This document shows, piece by piece, positions 40,467 through 51,384 of a DNA stretch of 64,000 nucleotides (positions are counted from its first letter, which is position 1; each line of letters opens with the position of its first letter). The DNA comes from Allomuricauda sp. (GTDB lineage: Bacteria; Bacteroidota; Bacteroidia; Flavobacteriales; Flavobacteriaceae). The notes under the pieces were generated by a model. The model was not told the origin of the DNA. It searched no databases and saw only the letters and a list, made by a program, of their open reading frames with translations. The stretch spans positions 57,677 through 121,676 of the forward strand of contig JACESV010000005.1 of the NCBI GenBank assembly GCA_013911645.1, read 5' to 3'. The translations under genes were made by a program, and so were the position numbers.

Positions 40467-40682
40467 CTAGTATCTATAAGTAATTCTTGCTTTTGTTAAA
40501 TCGTATGGACTCATCTCCAACTTTACTTTATCTCCAGGAAGCAGCTTAATGTAGTGCATGCGCATTTTCCCGGAAATGTGCGCCGTTACCACGTGCCCAT
40601 TTTCCAATTCTACCCTGAACATTGCATTGGACAATGCTTCAATAATAGTCCCGTCTTGTTCTATTGCTGGCTGCTTTGCCAT
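40467..40682 (-). CDS. infA: translation initiation factor IF-1
   Basis: [13 protein letters not shown] and [19 protein letters not shown]. Confidence 0.98.
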   Translation of the reverse strand: MAKQPAIEQDGTIIEALSNAMFRVELENGHVVTAHISGKMRMHYIKLLPGDKVKLEMSPYDLTKARITYRY

Positions 40683-40685
40683 AAA

Positions 40686-42029
40686 TTATGCTACTTTTCT
40701 GTTTTTTCCGGTTTTCATTAAGCCATCGTAATGTCTGTTCAACAAATAAGAATTTACTTGCTGTACAGTATCTATTGCTACACCAACCATGATCAATAGT
40801 GATGTACCCCCATAAAACAATGCCCATCCGGCCTGTACGTCCATCAATTTTACAACAACTGCGGGCAACACGGCCAACAGTGCCAAAAAGATGGAACCAG
40901 GTAATGTAATCAAGGACATTATTTTGTCCAAATAGTTTCCGGTTTCCTTTCCAGGACGTATGCCCGGGATGAAACCTCCACTTCTTTTTAAATCATCGGC
41001 CATTTTGTTTGTGGGCACGGTGATCGCTGTGTAGAAGTAGGTAAATATGATGATCAATACTGCAAATAGGATGTTGTAGGCCAATCCAAAAATATCGGCG
41101 AACTGTACTTCCATCCACTGACCTGCAGCGGTATCGTTAAATGTTCTACCAATCAAACTTGGTGCGAACATAATTGCCTGTGCAAAAATAATGGGCATTA
41201 CACCAGATGCATTCAACTTAAGCGGAATGTACTGACGTGCTCCCATAACATTCTTTTCGTATCCGCCAGAAGCTGTTCTTCTTGCGTACTGAACCGGAAT
41301 TTGTCTAACTGCCATTGTTAGGTAAACACTGGCCAAGATTACCAAGAACCAAACTATAACCTCAATCAGCATGAACATGATTCCTCCTGTATTGTTGGTC
41401 GTTCTTGAAACAAATTCTTGCGCAAATGCCTGTGGCAAAGTTGCAATGATTCCCACCATAATCAACAGGGAGATACCGTTTCCGATTCCCTTGTCGGTGA
41501 TTTTCTCACCCAACCACATGGCAAACACACATCCTGTTACCAATATAATAACAGCTGGAACGATAAAATCCAAACCTTTACCCAAAACAAAAGCACTATC
41601 TGGCACACCTAAGGCACCAAGACCGTACAAGTAGGCGGGCGCTTGGACAATACAGATACCAATGGTTAACCAACGGGTTATCTGGTTGATGGTTTTTCTA
41701 CCACTTTCGCCTTCTTTTTGTAGTTTTTGAAGATAAGGAATGGCTATTCCCATCAACTGTACCACAATGGAGGCGGAGATATAGGGCATAATACCCAAAG
41801 CGAATACCGAAGCATTCGCAAAAGCACCACCCGTAAAAGCATTAAGAATTCCCAAGATACCGTTTTCAGTCTGCGAGGATAATTCCGCCAATTGGGCAGT
41901 ATCAATACCAGGAAGAACAACTTGAGCTCCAAATCGGTAAACCAATAATAGTCCCAATGTAAGGATGATACGCTGTCTCAGTTCGTCAATCTTCCAGATA
42001 TTTGATATGGTCTCAATAAATTTCTTCAT
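40686..42029 (-). CDS. secY: preprotein translocase SecY
   Basis: FALGIMPYISASI, GIGNGISLLI, SGVMPIIFA and FIPGIRPG. Confidence 0.99.
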   Translation of the reverse strand: MKKFIETISNIWKIDELRQRIILTLGLLLVYRFGAQVVLPGIDTAQLAELSSQTENGILGILNAFTGGAFANASVFALGIMPYISASIVVQLMGIAIPYLQKLQKEGESGRKTINQITRWLTIGICIVQAPAYLYGLGALGVPDSAFVLGKGLDFIVPAVIILVTGCVFAMWLGEKITDKGIGNGISLLIMVGIIATLPQAFAQEFVSRTTNNTGGIMFMLIEVIVWFLVILASVYLTMAVRQIPVQYARRTASGGYEKNVMGARQYIPLKLNASGVMPIIFAQAIMFAPSLIGRTFNDTAAGQWMEVQFADIFGLAYNILFAVLIIIFTYFYTAITVPTNKMADDLKRSGGFIPGIRPGKETGNYLDKIMSLITLPGSIFLALLAVLPAVVVKLMDVQAGWALFYGGTSLLIMVGVAIDTVQQVNSYLLNRHYDGLMKTGKNRKVA

Positions 42030-42039
42030 GCTATATGTC

Positions 42040-42492
42040 TTATAAACTTATTGCTTCACCTCCTGCTGACTCGATGGCAGCTTTTGCGGAAGCAGTAAAT
42101 TTATGTACCGATACTTTAAGGGATGCCTTTAATTCGCCATCACCCAAAATCTTTACCAAATCGTTTTTGTGGGCCAAACCGTTTTCAATAAGTGTTTCCA
42201 AGGTAACCTCTTTTTTCACGGCACCCTTGTCCACCAATTCCTGAAGTCTGCCCAAATTGATTCCTGTGTACTCTTTTCTGTTCATGTTTGTGAAACCGAA
42301 CTTGGGTACACGTCTTTGCAATGGCATCTGACCACCTTCAAAACCAATCTTTTTGGAATATCCAGATCTAGACTTGGCTCCTTTGTGTCCGCGGGTAGAA
42401 GTGCCCCCTTTTCCGGAACCTTCTCCTCGTCCTACACGTTTTCCTTCTTTGTGCACAGCGCCATCCGCTGGTTTTAGATTATTCAAATCCAT
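42040..42492 (-). CDS. rplO: 50S ribosomal protein L15
   Basis: GRGEGSGKG and FEGGQMPLQRRVPKFGF. Confidence 0.98.
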   Translation of the reverse strand: MDLNNLKPADGAVHKEGKRVGRGEGSGKGGTSTRGHKGAKSRSGYSKKIGFEGGQMPLQRRVPKFGFTNMNRKEYTGINLGRLQELVDKGAVKKEVTLETLIENGLAHKNDLVKILGDGELKASLKVSVHKFTASAKAAIESAGGEAISL

Positions 42493-42505
42493 GTGCCTTT
42501 ATATT

Positions 42506-42685
42506 TTAAGCTTCCTCTGTGGAAACCAAGTGTTTTACCTTATTTACCATTCCAAGGATACTAGGAGTTGCTTCGTGCTCAACTACCTGTCCGATCTTAT
42601 GCAATCCAAGAGCCTCCAAAGTTCTTTTTTGGTTCTGTGGCTTTTTGATGCCGCTCTTTACTTGTTTAACTTTAATCTTTGACAT
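42506..42685 (-). CDS. rpmD: 50S ribosomal protein L30 (missed by the ORF track)
   Basis: Hand translation [59 protein letters not shown]. Confidence 0.96.
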   Translation of the reverse strand: MSKIKVKQVKSGIKKPQNQKRTLEALGLHKIGQVVEHEATPSILGMVNKVKHLVSTEEA

Positions 42686-42697
42686 GTTATCCTCTAT

Positions 42698-43222
42698 TTA
42701 TCCTTTAAAGACTTTTTCCAAAGAAACTCCTCTTTGCTTTGCAACGGTGTCAGCACTTCTCAATTGCAACAGGGCATCAAAAGTAGCTTTTACCACGTTG
42801 TGCGGGTTGGAAGATCCTTGCGATTTAGACAATACATCCTGTACCCCAACAGCTTCCAATACGGCTCTTACAGCTCCACCGGCGATTACCCCGGTACCGT
42901 GCGATGCAGGCTTGATATAAACACGTGCACCACCGTATTTTCCTTTTTGCTCGTGAGGAAGTGTTCCTTTGTTCAATGGAATACGAACCAAGTTCTTTTT
43001 GGCATCCTCGATAGCTTTGGCGATAGCTGTGGCAACCTCTTTGGATTTTCCCAAACCATGTCCAACAACTCCGTTTTCATCACCAACAACAACTATGGCC
43101 GAAAAACCAAAGGCTCTACCCCCTTTTGTTACCTTGGTAACACGTTGTACTCCAACCAATCGGTCTTTCAACTCCAGTCCACCTGGCTTTACTATTTCTA
43201 CGTTTTTGTATTTCTGGTACAT
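42698..43222 (-). CDS. rpsE: 30S ribosomal protein S5
   Basis: [10 protein letters not shown] and GTGVIAGG. Confidence 0.99.
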   Translation of the reverse strand: MYQKYKNVEIVKPGGLELKDRLVGVQRVTKVTKGGRAFGFSAIVVVGDENGVVGHGLGKSKEVATAIAKAIEDAKKNLVRIPLNKGTLPHEQKGKYGGARVYIKPASHGTGVIAGGAVRAVLEAVGVQDVLSKSQGSSNPHNVVKATFDALLQLRSADTVAKQRGVSLEKVFKG

Positions 43223-43228
43223 AGTTTA

Positions 43229-43582
43229 TTAGAATTTTAGTCCTGCTTCCCTAGCTCCTTCAGCCAATGATTTTATTCTTCCGTGATATAGGTTTCCTCC
43301 CCTATCAAAAGCTACGGCTTCAACACCAAGCTTAAGAGCTTTCTCGGCTATGGCCTTACCCACGTTGGTCGCTACCTCGGACTTGCTTCCTTTGGAGTCC
43401 ACATCCTTATCTCTGGATGAAGCTGCCGCCAAAGTTACACCTTTATCGTCGTCAATCAACTGGGCATATATTTCTTTATTGCTTCTGAATACAGACAACC
43501 TTGGTCTTGCTTCAGTTCCGAAGGATACTTTTCGTATTCTTCTTCGGATGCGTAATTTTCTTTCAGTCTTAGATAATCCCAT
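43229..43582 (-). CDS. rplR: 50S ribosomal protein L18
   Basis: [11 protein letters not shown] and [12 protein letters not shown]. Confidence 0.99.
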   Translation of the reverse strand: MGLSKTERKLRIRRRIRKVSFGTEARPRLSVFRSNKEIYAQLIDDDKGVTLAAASSRDKDVDSKGSKSEVATNVGKAIAEKALKLGVEAVAFDRGGNLYHGRIKSLAEGAREAGLKF

Positions 43583-43593
43583 AGTCTTAATTA

Positions 43594-44136
43594 TTAAGCT
43601 GATTTACCTGCTTTTCTTCTTAATTGCTCACCTACAAACTTCACACCTTTTCCTTTGTAAGGCTCTGGCTTACGGAAACCTCTAATTTTAGCGGCTACCT
43701 GACCCACCAATTGTTTGTCATGAGATGTTAGTTTTACGATAGGGTTCTTCCCTTTTTCGGAGATGGTCTCGATTTTTACTTCGGGAGCGATGTCCAGAAC
43801 AATGTTGTGGGAGAACCCTAGGGCCAAATCCAATTTTTGTCCTTGGTTGCTGGCCCTGTAACCAACACCTACAAGTTCCAATTCCTTTGTCCATCCATTG
43901 GTCACACCTTCTACCATATTATTGATAAGAGCGCGGTATAACCCATGCTTTGATTTGTGTTTATTGTCATCGGAAGGTCTTTCCAAAACAACGCTTCCGT
44001 CCTCGACTTTAATGTCAATCCCTGAAAACTCTTGGGTAAGTTCTCCCAATTTACCTTTTACAGTAACAACGGAATCTTTCACTTCTATAGTGACTCCATC
44101 AGGAATTTTAACTGGACTGTTACCTATTCTTGACAT
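43594..44136 (-). CDS. rplF: 50S ribosomal protein L6
   Basis: MSRIG and [11 protein letters not shown]. Confidence 0.99.
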   Translation of the reverse strand: MSRIGNSPVKIPDGVTIEVKDSVVTVKGKLGELTQEFSGIDIKVEDGSVVLERPSDDNKHKSKHGLYRALINNMVEGVTNGWTKELELVGVGYRASNQGQKLDLALGFSHNIVLDIAPEVKIETISEKGKNPIVKLTSHDKQLVGQVAAKIRGFRKPEPYKGKGVKFVGEQLRRKAGKSA

Positions 44137-44155
44137 TTTTCTTCTCTTTTCTCAA

Positions 44156-44554
44156 TTAATATACGTAGCACAATACCTCGCCACCTACGTTCTCTTGCTG
44201 GGCCTGCTTACTCGTCATTACCCCATGAGAAGTAGAAACGATAGCGATTCCCAATCCATTCAGTACTCTAGGCAAATCGTTAGAGTTTGAATACTTGCGC
44301 AGACCGGGCTTACTTACCCGCTGCAATTTTTTAATGATGGGCTCCTTGGTAAATTTATCGTACTTAAGGGCGATTTTGATGTTCCCTTGTACTTTGTCTT
44401 CCTCGAATTTATAGCTCAAAATATATCCTTGATCGAACAATATTTTGGTAATCTGTCTTTTTAGATTGGAACCGGGGATATCTACAACCCTATGACCTGC
44501 CTTACTGGCATTTCTCAATCTGGTCAAATAATCTGAAATTGGATCTGTAAGCAT
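44156..44554 (-). CDS. rpsH: 30S ribosomal protein S8
   Basis: DPISDYLTRLRNA, SKPGLRKY and GGEVLCYV. Confidence 0.99.
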   Translation of the reverse strand: MLTDPISDYLTRLRNASKAGHRVVDIPGSNLKRQITKILFDQGYILSYKFEEDKVQGNIKIALKYDKFTKEPIIKKLQRVSKPGLRKYSNSNDLPRVLNGLGIAIVSTSHGVMTSKQAQQENVGGEVLCYVY

Positions 44555-44572
44555 TTCTTTTCTTTATCTAAA

Positions 44573-44842
44573 TTACCAACTTGCCTTTTTAACTCCCGGA
44601 ATCAAACCCTTATTGGCCATTTCCCTGAACATTACCCTGGATACTCCAAAAGTTCTCATGTACCCGCGAGGTCTACCTGTCAACTTGCAACGGTTTCTCA
44701 TGCGAACAGGAGAAGCGTTCTTTGGCAACTTCTGCAAAGCCTCATAATCTCCCGCTTCTTTTAGAGCCTTTCTTTTCTCGGCGTATTTTTCTACCATTTT
44801 AGCCCTTTTTCTTTCACGGGCTTTCATTGATTCCTTGGCCAT
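44573..44842 (-). CDS. rpsN: 30S ribosomal protein S14 (long, zinc-free type)
   Basis: 89 aa with [12 protein letters not shown] (single Cys) and [11 protein letters not shown]. Confidence 0.99.
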   Translation of the reverse strand: MAKESMKARERKRAKMVEKYAEKRKALKEAGDYEALQKLPKNASPVRMRNRCKLTGRPRGYMRTFGVSRVMFREMANKGLIPGVKKASW

Positions 44843-44843
44843 A

Positions 44844-45395
44844 CTAGTTCTTTTTAAAGGGTACTCCCAGTTCGGTTAACAATGATTTTGCTTCTTTATC
44901 AGTTTCAGCAGAAGTAACAAACGTGATGTCCATTCCGTTGATTCTGTTGATTCTGTCTATATTGATTTCTGGAAAGATGATTTGTTCGGTAACTCCCAAA
45001 TTGTAGTTTCCTCTACCATCGAATCCTGTAGCTTTTACTCCAGAGAAATCACGTACCCTGGGAAGGGCACTGGTAATCAATCTATCCAAAAATTCGTACA
45101 TGCGTTCTCCTCTAAGGGTCACTTTTGCACCAATCGGCATTCCTTTTCTCAATTTGAACGTAGCAACGTCTTTCTTGGAAAGGGTAGCGACCGCTTTTTG
45201 ACCTGTAATGTTGGTCAATTCGTCAACGGCATGATCAATCAACTTTTTGTCCGAAACAGCGGCTCCGACTCCACGGCTAACCACTATTTTTTGCAACTTG
45301 GGAACCTGCATTACGTTTTTGTAACCAAATTCTTCCGTTAGCGCCTTGATCACGCGCTCCTTATATTCTTGCTTTAATCTTGGAATGTAACTCAT
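44844..45395 (-). CDS. rplE: 50S ribosomal protein L5
   Basis: [10 protein letters not shown] and FDGRGNY. Confidence 0.99.
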   Translation of the reverse strand: MSYIPRLKQEYKERVIKALTEEFGYKNVMQVPKLQKIVVSRGVGAAVSDKKLIDHAVDELTNITGQKAVATLSKKDVATFKLRKGMPIGAKVTLRGERMYEFLDRLITSALPRVRDFSGVKATGFDGRGNYNLGVTEQIIFPEINIDRINRINGMDITFVTSAETDKEAKSLLTELGVPFKKN

Positions 45396-45397
45396 GA

Positions 45398-45709
45398 CTA
45401 AATTACTTCATTGGATTTTTTGGAAAACCTTACTTTCTTTCCGTCCCTTACTTCATATCCAACACGAGTTGCCTCGCCAGACTTTGGATCGATCAAGGAA
45501 AGATTGGAAATATGTATTGGGGCTTCCTTTTTTGTTATGCCTCCTTGAGGGTTGTTCGCACTTGGCTTTTCATGTTTGGACACCTCGTTGACGCCTTCTA
45601 CGATAGCTTTGTTCTTTTCACGGTCTACTTTAAGCACTTTGCCTTCGCTGCCTTTGTGGTCTCCCGCAATGACTTTTACCGTGTCCCCTGTTTTTATTTT
45701 CAACTTCAT
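45398..45709 (-). CDS. rplX: 50S ribosomal protein L24 (true start ATG 45709)
   Basis: [15 protein letters not shown] (KOW motif) and EAPIHISNL. Confidence 0.98.
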   Translation of the reverse strand: MKLKIKTGDTVKVIAGDHKGSEGKVLKVDREKNKAIVEGVNEVSKHEKPSANNPQGGITKKEAPIHISNLSLIDPKSGEATRVGYEVRDGKKVRFSKKSNEVI

Positions 45710-45725
45710 CTCTCTGATATTTCTT

Positions 45726-46094
45726 TTATAGCACTTCAGGCGCCAATGAAACAATCTTCATGAATTGTCTGTCCCTCAACTCTCTGGCAACTGGACCAAA
45801 TACACGTGTTCCCCTCATCTCCCCGGTCGGGTTCAACAACACACATGCGTTGTCGTCGAAACGGATGTAAGAACCATCTGGTCTTCTTACTTCTTTCTTG
45901 GTCCTAACAACAACCGCTGTAGAAACAGAACCTTTCTTTACAGTACCGTTTGGAGTAGCCTCTTTTACGGTAACTACAATTTTGTCACCCAAAGAAGCGT
46001 ATCTTCTCTTTGTTCCTCCTAGTACGCGGATGGTCAAAACTTCTTTTGCACCGGTATTGTCCGCAACTCTTAATCTTGATTCTTGCTGTACCAT
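45726..46094 (-). CDS. rplN: 50S ribosomal protein L14
   Basis: VADNTGAK and [12 protein letters not shown]. Confidence 0.99.
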   Translation of the reverse strand: MVQQESRLRVADNTGAKEVLTIRVLGGTKRRYASLGDKIVVTVKEATPNGTVKKGSVSTAVVVRTKKEVRRPDGSYIRFDDNACVLLNPTGEMRGTRVFGPVARELRDRQFMKIVSLAPEVL

Positions 46095-46096
46095 AA

Positions 46097-46354
46097 TTAT
46101 TTAGCTCTTTCTAGGATTTCTACCAACCTCCAGCACTTTGTTTTGCTCAATGGTCGTGTTTCCATTATTTTAACGGTATCACCTTCGTTGCAATCGTTCT
46201 TCTCGTCGTGGGCAACATACTTCTTGGTCTTCAGAACGAATTTCCCGTACATGGGGTGCTTCACTCGTTTTACCTCAGAAACCACTATCGATTTCTCCAT
46301 TTTGTTGCTGGTAACAACGCCTATTCTTTCTTTTCTTAAATTTCTGTTTTCCAT
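46097..46354 (-). CDS. rpsQ: 30S ribosomal protein S17
   Basis: HPMYGK and ETRPLSKTK. Confidence 0.99.
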   Translation of the reverse strand: MENRNLRKERIGVVTSNKMEKSIVVSEVKRVKHPMYGKFVLKTKKYVAHDEKNDCNEGDTVKIMETRPLSKTKCWRLVEILERAK

Positions 46355-46367
46355 AAGGCAGAACCGA

Positions 46368-46559
46368 TTATTGTAATTCCCTTTTAGTTAATTCAGTTGC
46401 AAGTCTTGCTACCGTCCTTCTCGTCTTTCTGATCTGTAAAGGATTTTCCAAAGGAGTAACAGCGTGCGCCATTTTAAGATCAGCGTGTTGTTTTTTGAAC
46501 TCGGCCAATCGCTCCTTTAGCTCTTCAATTGAAAGTTCTTTTATTTCTGATTGTCTCAT
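46368..46559 (-). CDS. rpmC: 50S ribosomal protein L29 (start ATG 46559)
   Basis: [19 protein letters not shown]. Confidence 0.97.
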   Translation of the reverse strand: MRQSEIKELSIEELKERLAEFKKQHADLKMAHAVTPLENPLQIRKTRRTVARLATELTKRELQ

Positions 46560-46578
46560 CTTTCTTCTCAATTAAAAA

Positions 46579-46998
46579 TTAGGCGGAATAATCCCTAGCC
46601 ACAATAAACTTGGTTTTAACCGGTAGTTTTTGCGCTGCTAGCCTTAAAGCTTCCTTAGCAACATCCATGGGTACACCACCGACCTCGAACATGATTCTAC
46701 CAGGTTTTACCACGGCTACCCAATATTCTGGAGCACCTTTACCTTTACCCATACGAACCTCAAGAGGTTTTTTGGTGATAGGCTTGTCCGGGAATATTTT
46801 GATCCACAACTGACCTTGTCTTTTCATGTATCTTGTCGCAGCGATACGTGCAGCCTCTATTTGACGGGAAGTGATGAAGTGCGAATCCATGGACTTGATA
46901 CCGAACATTCCATTGGAAAGCTGGTGTCCTCTCTGGGAATTCCCCTTCATACGCCCTTTCTGGGCCTTACGAAATTTTGTTCTTTTTGGCTGTAACAT
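46579..46998 (-). CDS. rplP: 50S ribosomal protein L16
   Basis: [11 protein letters not shown] and RMGKGKG. Confidence 0.99.
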   Translation of the reverse strand: MLQPKRTKFRKAQKGRMKGNSQRGHQLSNGMFGIKSMDSHFITSRQIEAARIAATRYMKRQGQLWIKIFPDKPITKKPLEVRMGKGKGAPEYWVAVVKPGRIMFEVGGVPMDVAKEALRLAAQKLPVKTKFIVARDYSA

Positions 46999-47017
46999 TT
47001 TACCTTACTTTATCTTA

Positions 47018-47728
47018 TTACTTTCTACGACGGGATTTCTTGTTATCCTTGCCGCCTTTTCCTTGACTCTTGCTCAATCCTACCAATGGGGAAAGCTCTC
47101 TTTTACCGTAAACCTCTCCTTTCATGATCCACACCTTTATACCCAATCTACCATAGGTAGTGTGAGCTTCGTGCAAGGCATAGTCCACATCTGCACGGAA
47201 AGTAGACAAAGGAATTCTTCCCTCCTTATAAGATTCTGAACGTGCCATCTCAGCACCGTTCAAACGTCCGGAAATCTGAATCTTGATTCCTTCGGCATTC
47301 ATACGCATTGCTGCTGCAATGGCCATTTTGATGGCTCTTCTGTATGAAATCCTGCTTTCAATCTGTCTTGCGACACTTGCAGCTACCAAATTTGCGTCAA
47401 GCTCAGGTCTCTTAATCTCGTGAATATTGATCTGAACCTCTTTGTTGGTAATTTTCTTAAGCTCTTCCTTAAGTTTATCTACCTCTTGCCCACCTTTACC
47501 GATAATGATACCAGGCCTGGACGTGGTAATGGTAATGGTAATCAATTTCAAGGTTCTCTCTATAATTACCCTGGATACGCTAGCTTTCGCCAAACGCGCA
47601 TAAAGGTATTTTCTGATTTTATCGTCTTCAGCCAGTTTATCGCCGTAATCATTTCCTCCGTACCAGTTGGATTCCCATCCTCTGATAATTCCTAAGCGAT
47701 TTCCTATTGGATTGGTCTTCTGTCCCAT
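47018..47728 (-). CDS. rpsC: 30S ribosomal protein S3
   Basis: [13 protein letters not shown] and [10 protein letters not shown]. Confidence 0.99.
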   Translation of the reverse strand: MGQKTNPIGNRLGIIRGWESNWYGGNDYGDKLAEDDKIRKYLYARLAKASVSRVIIERTLKLITITITTSRPGIIIGKGGQEVDKLKEELKKITNKEVQINIHEIKRPELDANLVAASVARQIESRISYRRAIKMAIAAAMRMNAEGIKIQISGRLNGAEMARSESYKEGRIPLSTFRADVDYALHEAHTTYGRLGIKVWIMKGEVYGKRELSPLVGLSKSQGKGGKDNKKSRRRK

Positions 47729-47737
47729 ATTATTCTT

Positions 47738-48145
47738 CTAGCTTTGAACGTTGTTATTGGCCTCCAAAATCATAGTAACATGATTGGAACGCTTTCTGAT
47801 TCTATGTGCTCTACCTTGAGGAGCTGGTCTCAATCTCTTCAACATACTTCCTCCATCTACACGGATTTCCTTGATGTAAAGATCAGCCGCCTCGATATCT
47901 GCACCCTCATTTTTAGCTTCCCAGTTAGCGATTGCAGAGAGCAAAAGCTTTTCCAGTTTTCTGGATGCTTCTTTTGGGTTGAACCTTAGGGTAGCCAATG
48001 CCATCTCAATTTGCTTACCTCTTACCAAGTCAGCGACCAAACGCATTTTTCTTGGAGAAGTTGGGCAATTGTTAAGCTTTGCAATAGCAAGTTGCTTTTT
48101 CTCTTCTTTTAACCTTTCGGCCATTTGTCTTTTACGAACTCCCAT
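47738..48145 (-). CDS. rplV: 50S ribosomal protein L22
   Basis: SPRKMRLVAD and RPAPQGRA. Confidence 0.98.
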   Translation of the reverse strand: MGVRKRQMAERLKEEKKQLAIAKLNNCPTSPRKMRLVADLVRGKQIEMALATLRFNPKEASRKLEKLLLSAIANWEAKNEGADIEAADLYIKEIRVDGGSMLKRLRPAPQGRAHRIRKRSNHVTMILEANNNVQS

Positions 48146-48152
48146 AGCTTAC

Positions 48153-48431
48153 TTACTTTTTACCTTTGTTTTTAGCTCCTGCATGACCTCTAAAAGATCT
48201 TGTAGGTGAAAATTCCCCTAATTTGTGACCTACCATATTTTCAGTTACAAATACGGGAACAAATTGTCTACCGTTATGAACCGCGATGGTTTGCCCAACA
48301 AAGTCCGGCGTTATCATTGAGGCTCTTGACCATGTTTTGATAACTGATTTCTTACCTGATTCCATATTGGCCTGGACTTTTTTCTCCAGACTAAAATGAA
48401 CGTATGGTCCTTTTTTTAACGAACGTGCCAT
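48153..48431 (-). CDS. rpsS: 30S ribosomal protein S19
   Basis: RSLKKGP and [11 protein letters not shown]. Confidence 0.99.
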   Translation of the reverse strand: MARSLKKGPYVHFSLEKKVQANMESGKKSVIKTWSRASMITPDFVGQTIAVHNGRQFVPVFVTENMVGHKLGEFSPTRSFRGHAGAKNKGKK

Positions 48432-48442
48432 TTACTTTTCTT

Positions 48443-49267
48443 TTATTTCTTTCTACGTTCTATGATATATCTATTGGTGTCCTTAGTTCTAGAACGTGTT
48501 CTAAATCCTTTTGCAGGAATACCGTTCCTAGATCTTGGATGACCTCCTGAAGCTCTACCTTCACCACCACCCATTGGGTGATCAACAGGGTTCATAGCTA
48601 CTGGTCTAGTTCTTGGTCTTCTGCCCAACCATCTGCTTCTACCCGCTTTACCGGATACCAACAATTGGTGGTCAGAATTGGAAACCGCCCCGATAGTGGC
48701 CAAACACGTAGCCAAAACCATTCTTGTTTCACCAGAAGGCAATTTCAAGGTCACGAACTTACCGTCTTTCGCCATCAACTGGGCAAAAGTTCCGGCACTA
48801 CGCGCCATAATAGCACCTTGACCCGGTCTCAATTCTATACAAGACACAACAGTACCCAATGGAATCTCACCCAATGGGAGTGCATTTCCAATTTCCGGAG
48901 CAGATCCAGTTCCAGACTTGATTGCCTGACCTACCTGCAATCCGTTTTGGGCAACTACATATCTTTTTTCACCATCCTTGTATTCTACCAAGGCGATAAA
49001 TGCAGTTCTATTGGGATCATACTGAATAGAAACAACAGTTGCCTCTACTCCTTGTTTATCCCTTTTGAAATCGATGATTCGATATCTTCTTTTATGGCCA
49101 CCACCTTTATGGCGCATGGTCATCTTTCCTTGACTGTTCCTACCACCCGTCTTTTTGATCGGAGCAAGCAAGCTTTTCTCCGGCTTATCAGTAGTAATCG
49201 CGTCAAATCCGTTTACTACTCTAAAACGCTGACCAGGGGTTATCGGTTTTAATTTTCTAACTGACAT
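48443..49267 (-). CDS. rplB: 50S ribosomal protein L2
   Basis: [11 protein letters not shown] and [13 protein letters not shown]. Confidence 0.99.
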   Translation of the reverse strand: MSVRKLKPITPGQRFRVVNGFDAITTDKPEKSLLAPIKKTGGRNSQGKMTMRHKGGGHKRRYRIIDFKRDKQGVEATVVSIQYDPNRTAFIALVEYKDGEKRYVVAQNGLQVGQAIKSGTGSAPEIGNALPLGEIPLGTVVSCIELRPGQGAIMARSAGTFAQLMAKDGKFVTLKLPSGETRMVLATCLATIGAVSNSDHQLLVSGKAGRSRWLGRRPRTRPVAMNPVDHPMGGGEGRASGGHPRSRNGIPAKGFRTRSRTKDTNRYIIERRKK

Positions 49268-49276
49268 TTCTCGTCT

Positions 49277-49567
49277 TTATAGATTACTGTAAAAATCAAT
49301 AATATCACCTTCAGCCACATCAACGATTGCTTTTTTGATTGCATTCGTCTTACCGTGCTGAATTCCGGTTTTTGTATAACGACTCTTACGCGATGGACCA
49401 TAGTTCATGGTTCTCACCTTTTCAACAGAAACACCATAAGTAGCCTCTACCGCTTCTTTGATCTCCAACTTGTTAGCGGTTGGATTTACAAAGAACCCGT
49501 AGCGATTGAAAAGCTCGCTATCAGCGGTCATTTTTTCCGTAATGATCGGTTTTATCAACACACTCAT
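49277..49567 (-). CDS. rplW: 50S ribosomal protein L23
   Basis: IKPIITEK and KKAIV. Confidence 0.98.
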   Translation of the reverse strand: MSVLIKPIITEKMTADSELFNRYGFFVNPTANKLEIKEAVEATYGVSVEKVRTMNYGPSRKSRYTKTGIQHGKTNAIKKAIVDVAEGDIIDFYSNL

Positions 49568-49574
49568 GATACTT

Positions 49575-50204
49575 TTATTTCTTTAGGTTCGATTCAATTC
49601 TTTCCAAAGCGCTTTCTGTCAATACTAAACTTGTTGCGTTAACAATTTTGTAAGTATTTAATTCTGAGCCTGTTACAACCTCGGAACGCTCCAAATTACG
49701 CGACGACAAATATACGTTATTATTTGAATCGCCCAACACAATAAGGGACTTTTTATTTTCTATTCCCAAGGAAGACAAGAAATTAACGAAGTCCTTGGTT
49801 TTTGGAGCTTCAAAACTGAAGTCTTCCACAACCACTATTGATTGCTCTTTGGACTTTAAGCTCAAGGCCGATTTTCTGGCCAATCGCTTCATGTTCTTGT
49901 TCAACTTTTGGGTATAATCCTTTGGTCTTGGACCAAAGATTCTACCACCACCTCTAAATATGGGTGATTTAATGCTACCGGCCCTTGCGGTACCTGTACC
50001 CTTTTGCTTTTTGATCTTTCTGGTACTACCAGCGATTTCCGCTCTTTCTTTAGCTTTGTGTGTTCCTTGTCTCTGATGGGCCAAGTACTGCTTTACATCC
50101 AAATAAATAGCGTGTTCATTAGGCTCTATAGCGAAAACATCGTCGGAAAGCTCTACTTTCCTACCTGTCTCTTTTCCCTTGATATCTAAAACTGCTACCT
50201 TCAT
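49575..50204 (-). CDS. rplD: 50S ribosomal protein L4 (start 50204 or 50207, overlapping the rplC stop)
   Basis: RQGTHKAK and [10 protein letters not shown]. Confidence 0.98.
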   Translation of the reverse strand: MKVAVLDIKGKETGRKVELSDDVFAIEPNEHAIYLDVKQYLAHQRQGTHKAKERAEIAGSTRKIKKQKGTGTARAGSIKSPIFRGGGRIFGPRPKDYTQKLNKNMKRLARKSALSLKSKEQSIVVVEDFSFEAPKTKDFVNFLSSLGIENKKSLIVLGDSNNNVYLSSRNLERSEVVTGSELNTYKIVNATSLVLTESALERIESNLKK

Positions 50205-50827
50205 CATTTCCACCTTTGAATTGTTACGTAAGCATTTTTATGACCTGGAACACATCCTTTAACTACCAAAAGATTTTTCTCAGGAACCACTTTCAATACT
50301 TTTAAGTTTTGCACGGTAACTCTGTCACCGCCCATTCTACCGGCCATTCGCATACCTTTCACAACTTTGGAAGGGTAAGATGCAGCACCGATGGAACCAG
50401 GAGCTCTCAATCTGTTATGCTGGCCGTGGGTCGCTTGTCCAACTCCACCGAAACCATGACGTTTTACAACACCTTGGAATCCTTTTCCTTTTGATGTGCC
50501 TACTACATCAACAAATTCTCCTTCTACAAATAGATCTACACCTACGGTGTCCCCCAATTTGTATTCACCTTCAAACCCTTGGAACTCAACGACTTTCTTT
50601 TTAGGAGAAGTACCTGCTTTTTTGTAGTGACCTGTTTCGGCCTTATTAGCACGTTTTTCTGCCTTGTCATCGAAACCTAGTTGAAGGGCTCTGTACCCGT
50701 CTACCTCTTCGGTTCTGACTTGGGTAACCACGCATGGCCCAGCTTCCAATACGGTACATGGAACGTTCTTTCCATTCTCGTCGAAAATGCTGGTCATACC
50801 GATTTTCTTACCTATTAACCCAGACAT
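50204..50827 (-). CDS. rplC: 50S ribosomal protein L3
   Basis: [15 protein letters not shown] and RAPGSIG. Confidence 0.99.
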   Translation of the reverse strand: MSGLIGKKIGMTSIFDENGKNVPCTVLEAGPCVVTQVRTEEVDGYRALQLGFDDKAEKRANKAETGHYKKAGTSPKKKVVEFQGFEGEYKLGDTVGVDLFVEGEFVDVVGTSKGKGFQGVVKRHGFGGVGQATHGQHNRLRAPGSIGAASYPSKVVKGMRMAGRMGGDRVTVQNLKVLKVVPEKNLLVVKGCVPGHKNAYVTIQRWK

Positions 50828-50880
50828 ATTTAATTAATTAACAATTATTTACTTTTTATAACTCTTGCCAATTTCTTGGC

Positions 50881-50927
50881 AAAAAAATTGGGTCAAGAAA
50901 ATATTCTGTTCTGACCCAGATTTTTTT
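50881..50927 (-). terminator. terminator/attenuator-like hairpin between rpsJ and rplC
   Basis: Stem TGGGTCA (50889-50895)/TGACCCA (50912-50918), flanked by A7 and T7 tracts. Confidence 0.6.
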
Positions 50928-50967
50928 CTTTCACCGTTTTTCCCGAACCATCGTTTGGGACATGTTT

Positions 50968-51022
50968 ATGCTGAACTCGTTTCAACATCTCTTTATTGAG
51001 ACACTTCGGCTTCGCTCAGTGT
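50968..51022. repeat. degenerate/hybrid REP-like element inside the rpsJ-rplC spacer
   Basis: ATGCTGAACTCGTTTCAACATCTC and GAGACACTTCGGCTTCGCTCAGTGT resemble arms of two Flavobacterial GTCA-type repeat subfamilies (recalled, not searched). Confidence 0.55.
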
Positions 51023-51066
51023 TTGTTCGGCTAAAACTTTCTGTAAACCAGAAAGTCAAGTCCTCA

Positions 51067-51372
51067 TCAAACTTTAATCTCAACCTCCACACCACTTGGA
51101 AGCTCAAGCTTCATAAGGGCGTCGATGGTTTTTGATGAAGAGCTGTAAATATCCAATAATCTCTTGTAAGAGCTCAATTGGAACTGCTCTCTCGATTTTT
51201 TGTTCACGTGGGGTGAACGCAAAACCGTAAATATCTTTTTGCGTGTTGGCAATGGAATTGGTCCAGTTACCACAGCACCTGTTGTTTTTACTGTCTTCAC
51301 GATCTTCTCAGCAGATTTGTCCACCAAATTGTGATCGTAAGATTTCAATTTTATTCTAATTTTTTGACTCAT
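51067..51372 (-). CDS. rpsJ: 30S ribosomal protein S10
   Basis: [16 protein letters not shown] and [13 protein letters not shown]. Confidence 0.99.
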   Translation of the reverse strand: MSQKIRIKLKSYDHNLVDKSAEKIVKTVKTTGAVVTGPIPLPTRKKIFTVLRSPHVNKKSREQFQLSSYKRLLDIYSSSSKTIDALMKLELPSGVEVEIKV

Positions 51373-51384
51373 CTTGCTGAAAAA

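Noticed and set aside
48578-49252. 224-aa antisense ORF opposite rplB (also 42734-43240 opposite rpsE)
   Set aside because: This is a common artefact of codon bias in highly expressed genes; no independent signals.
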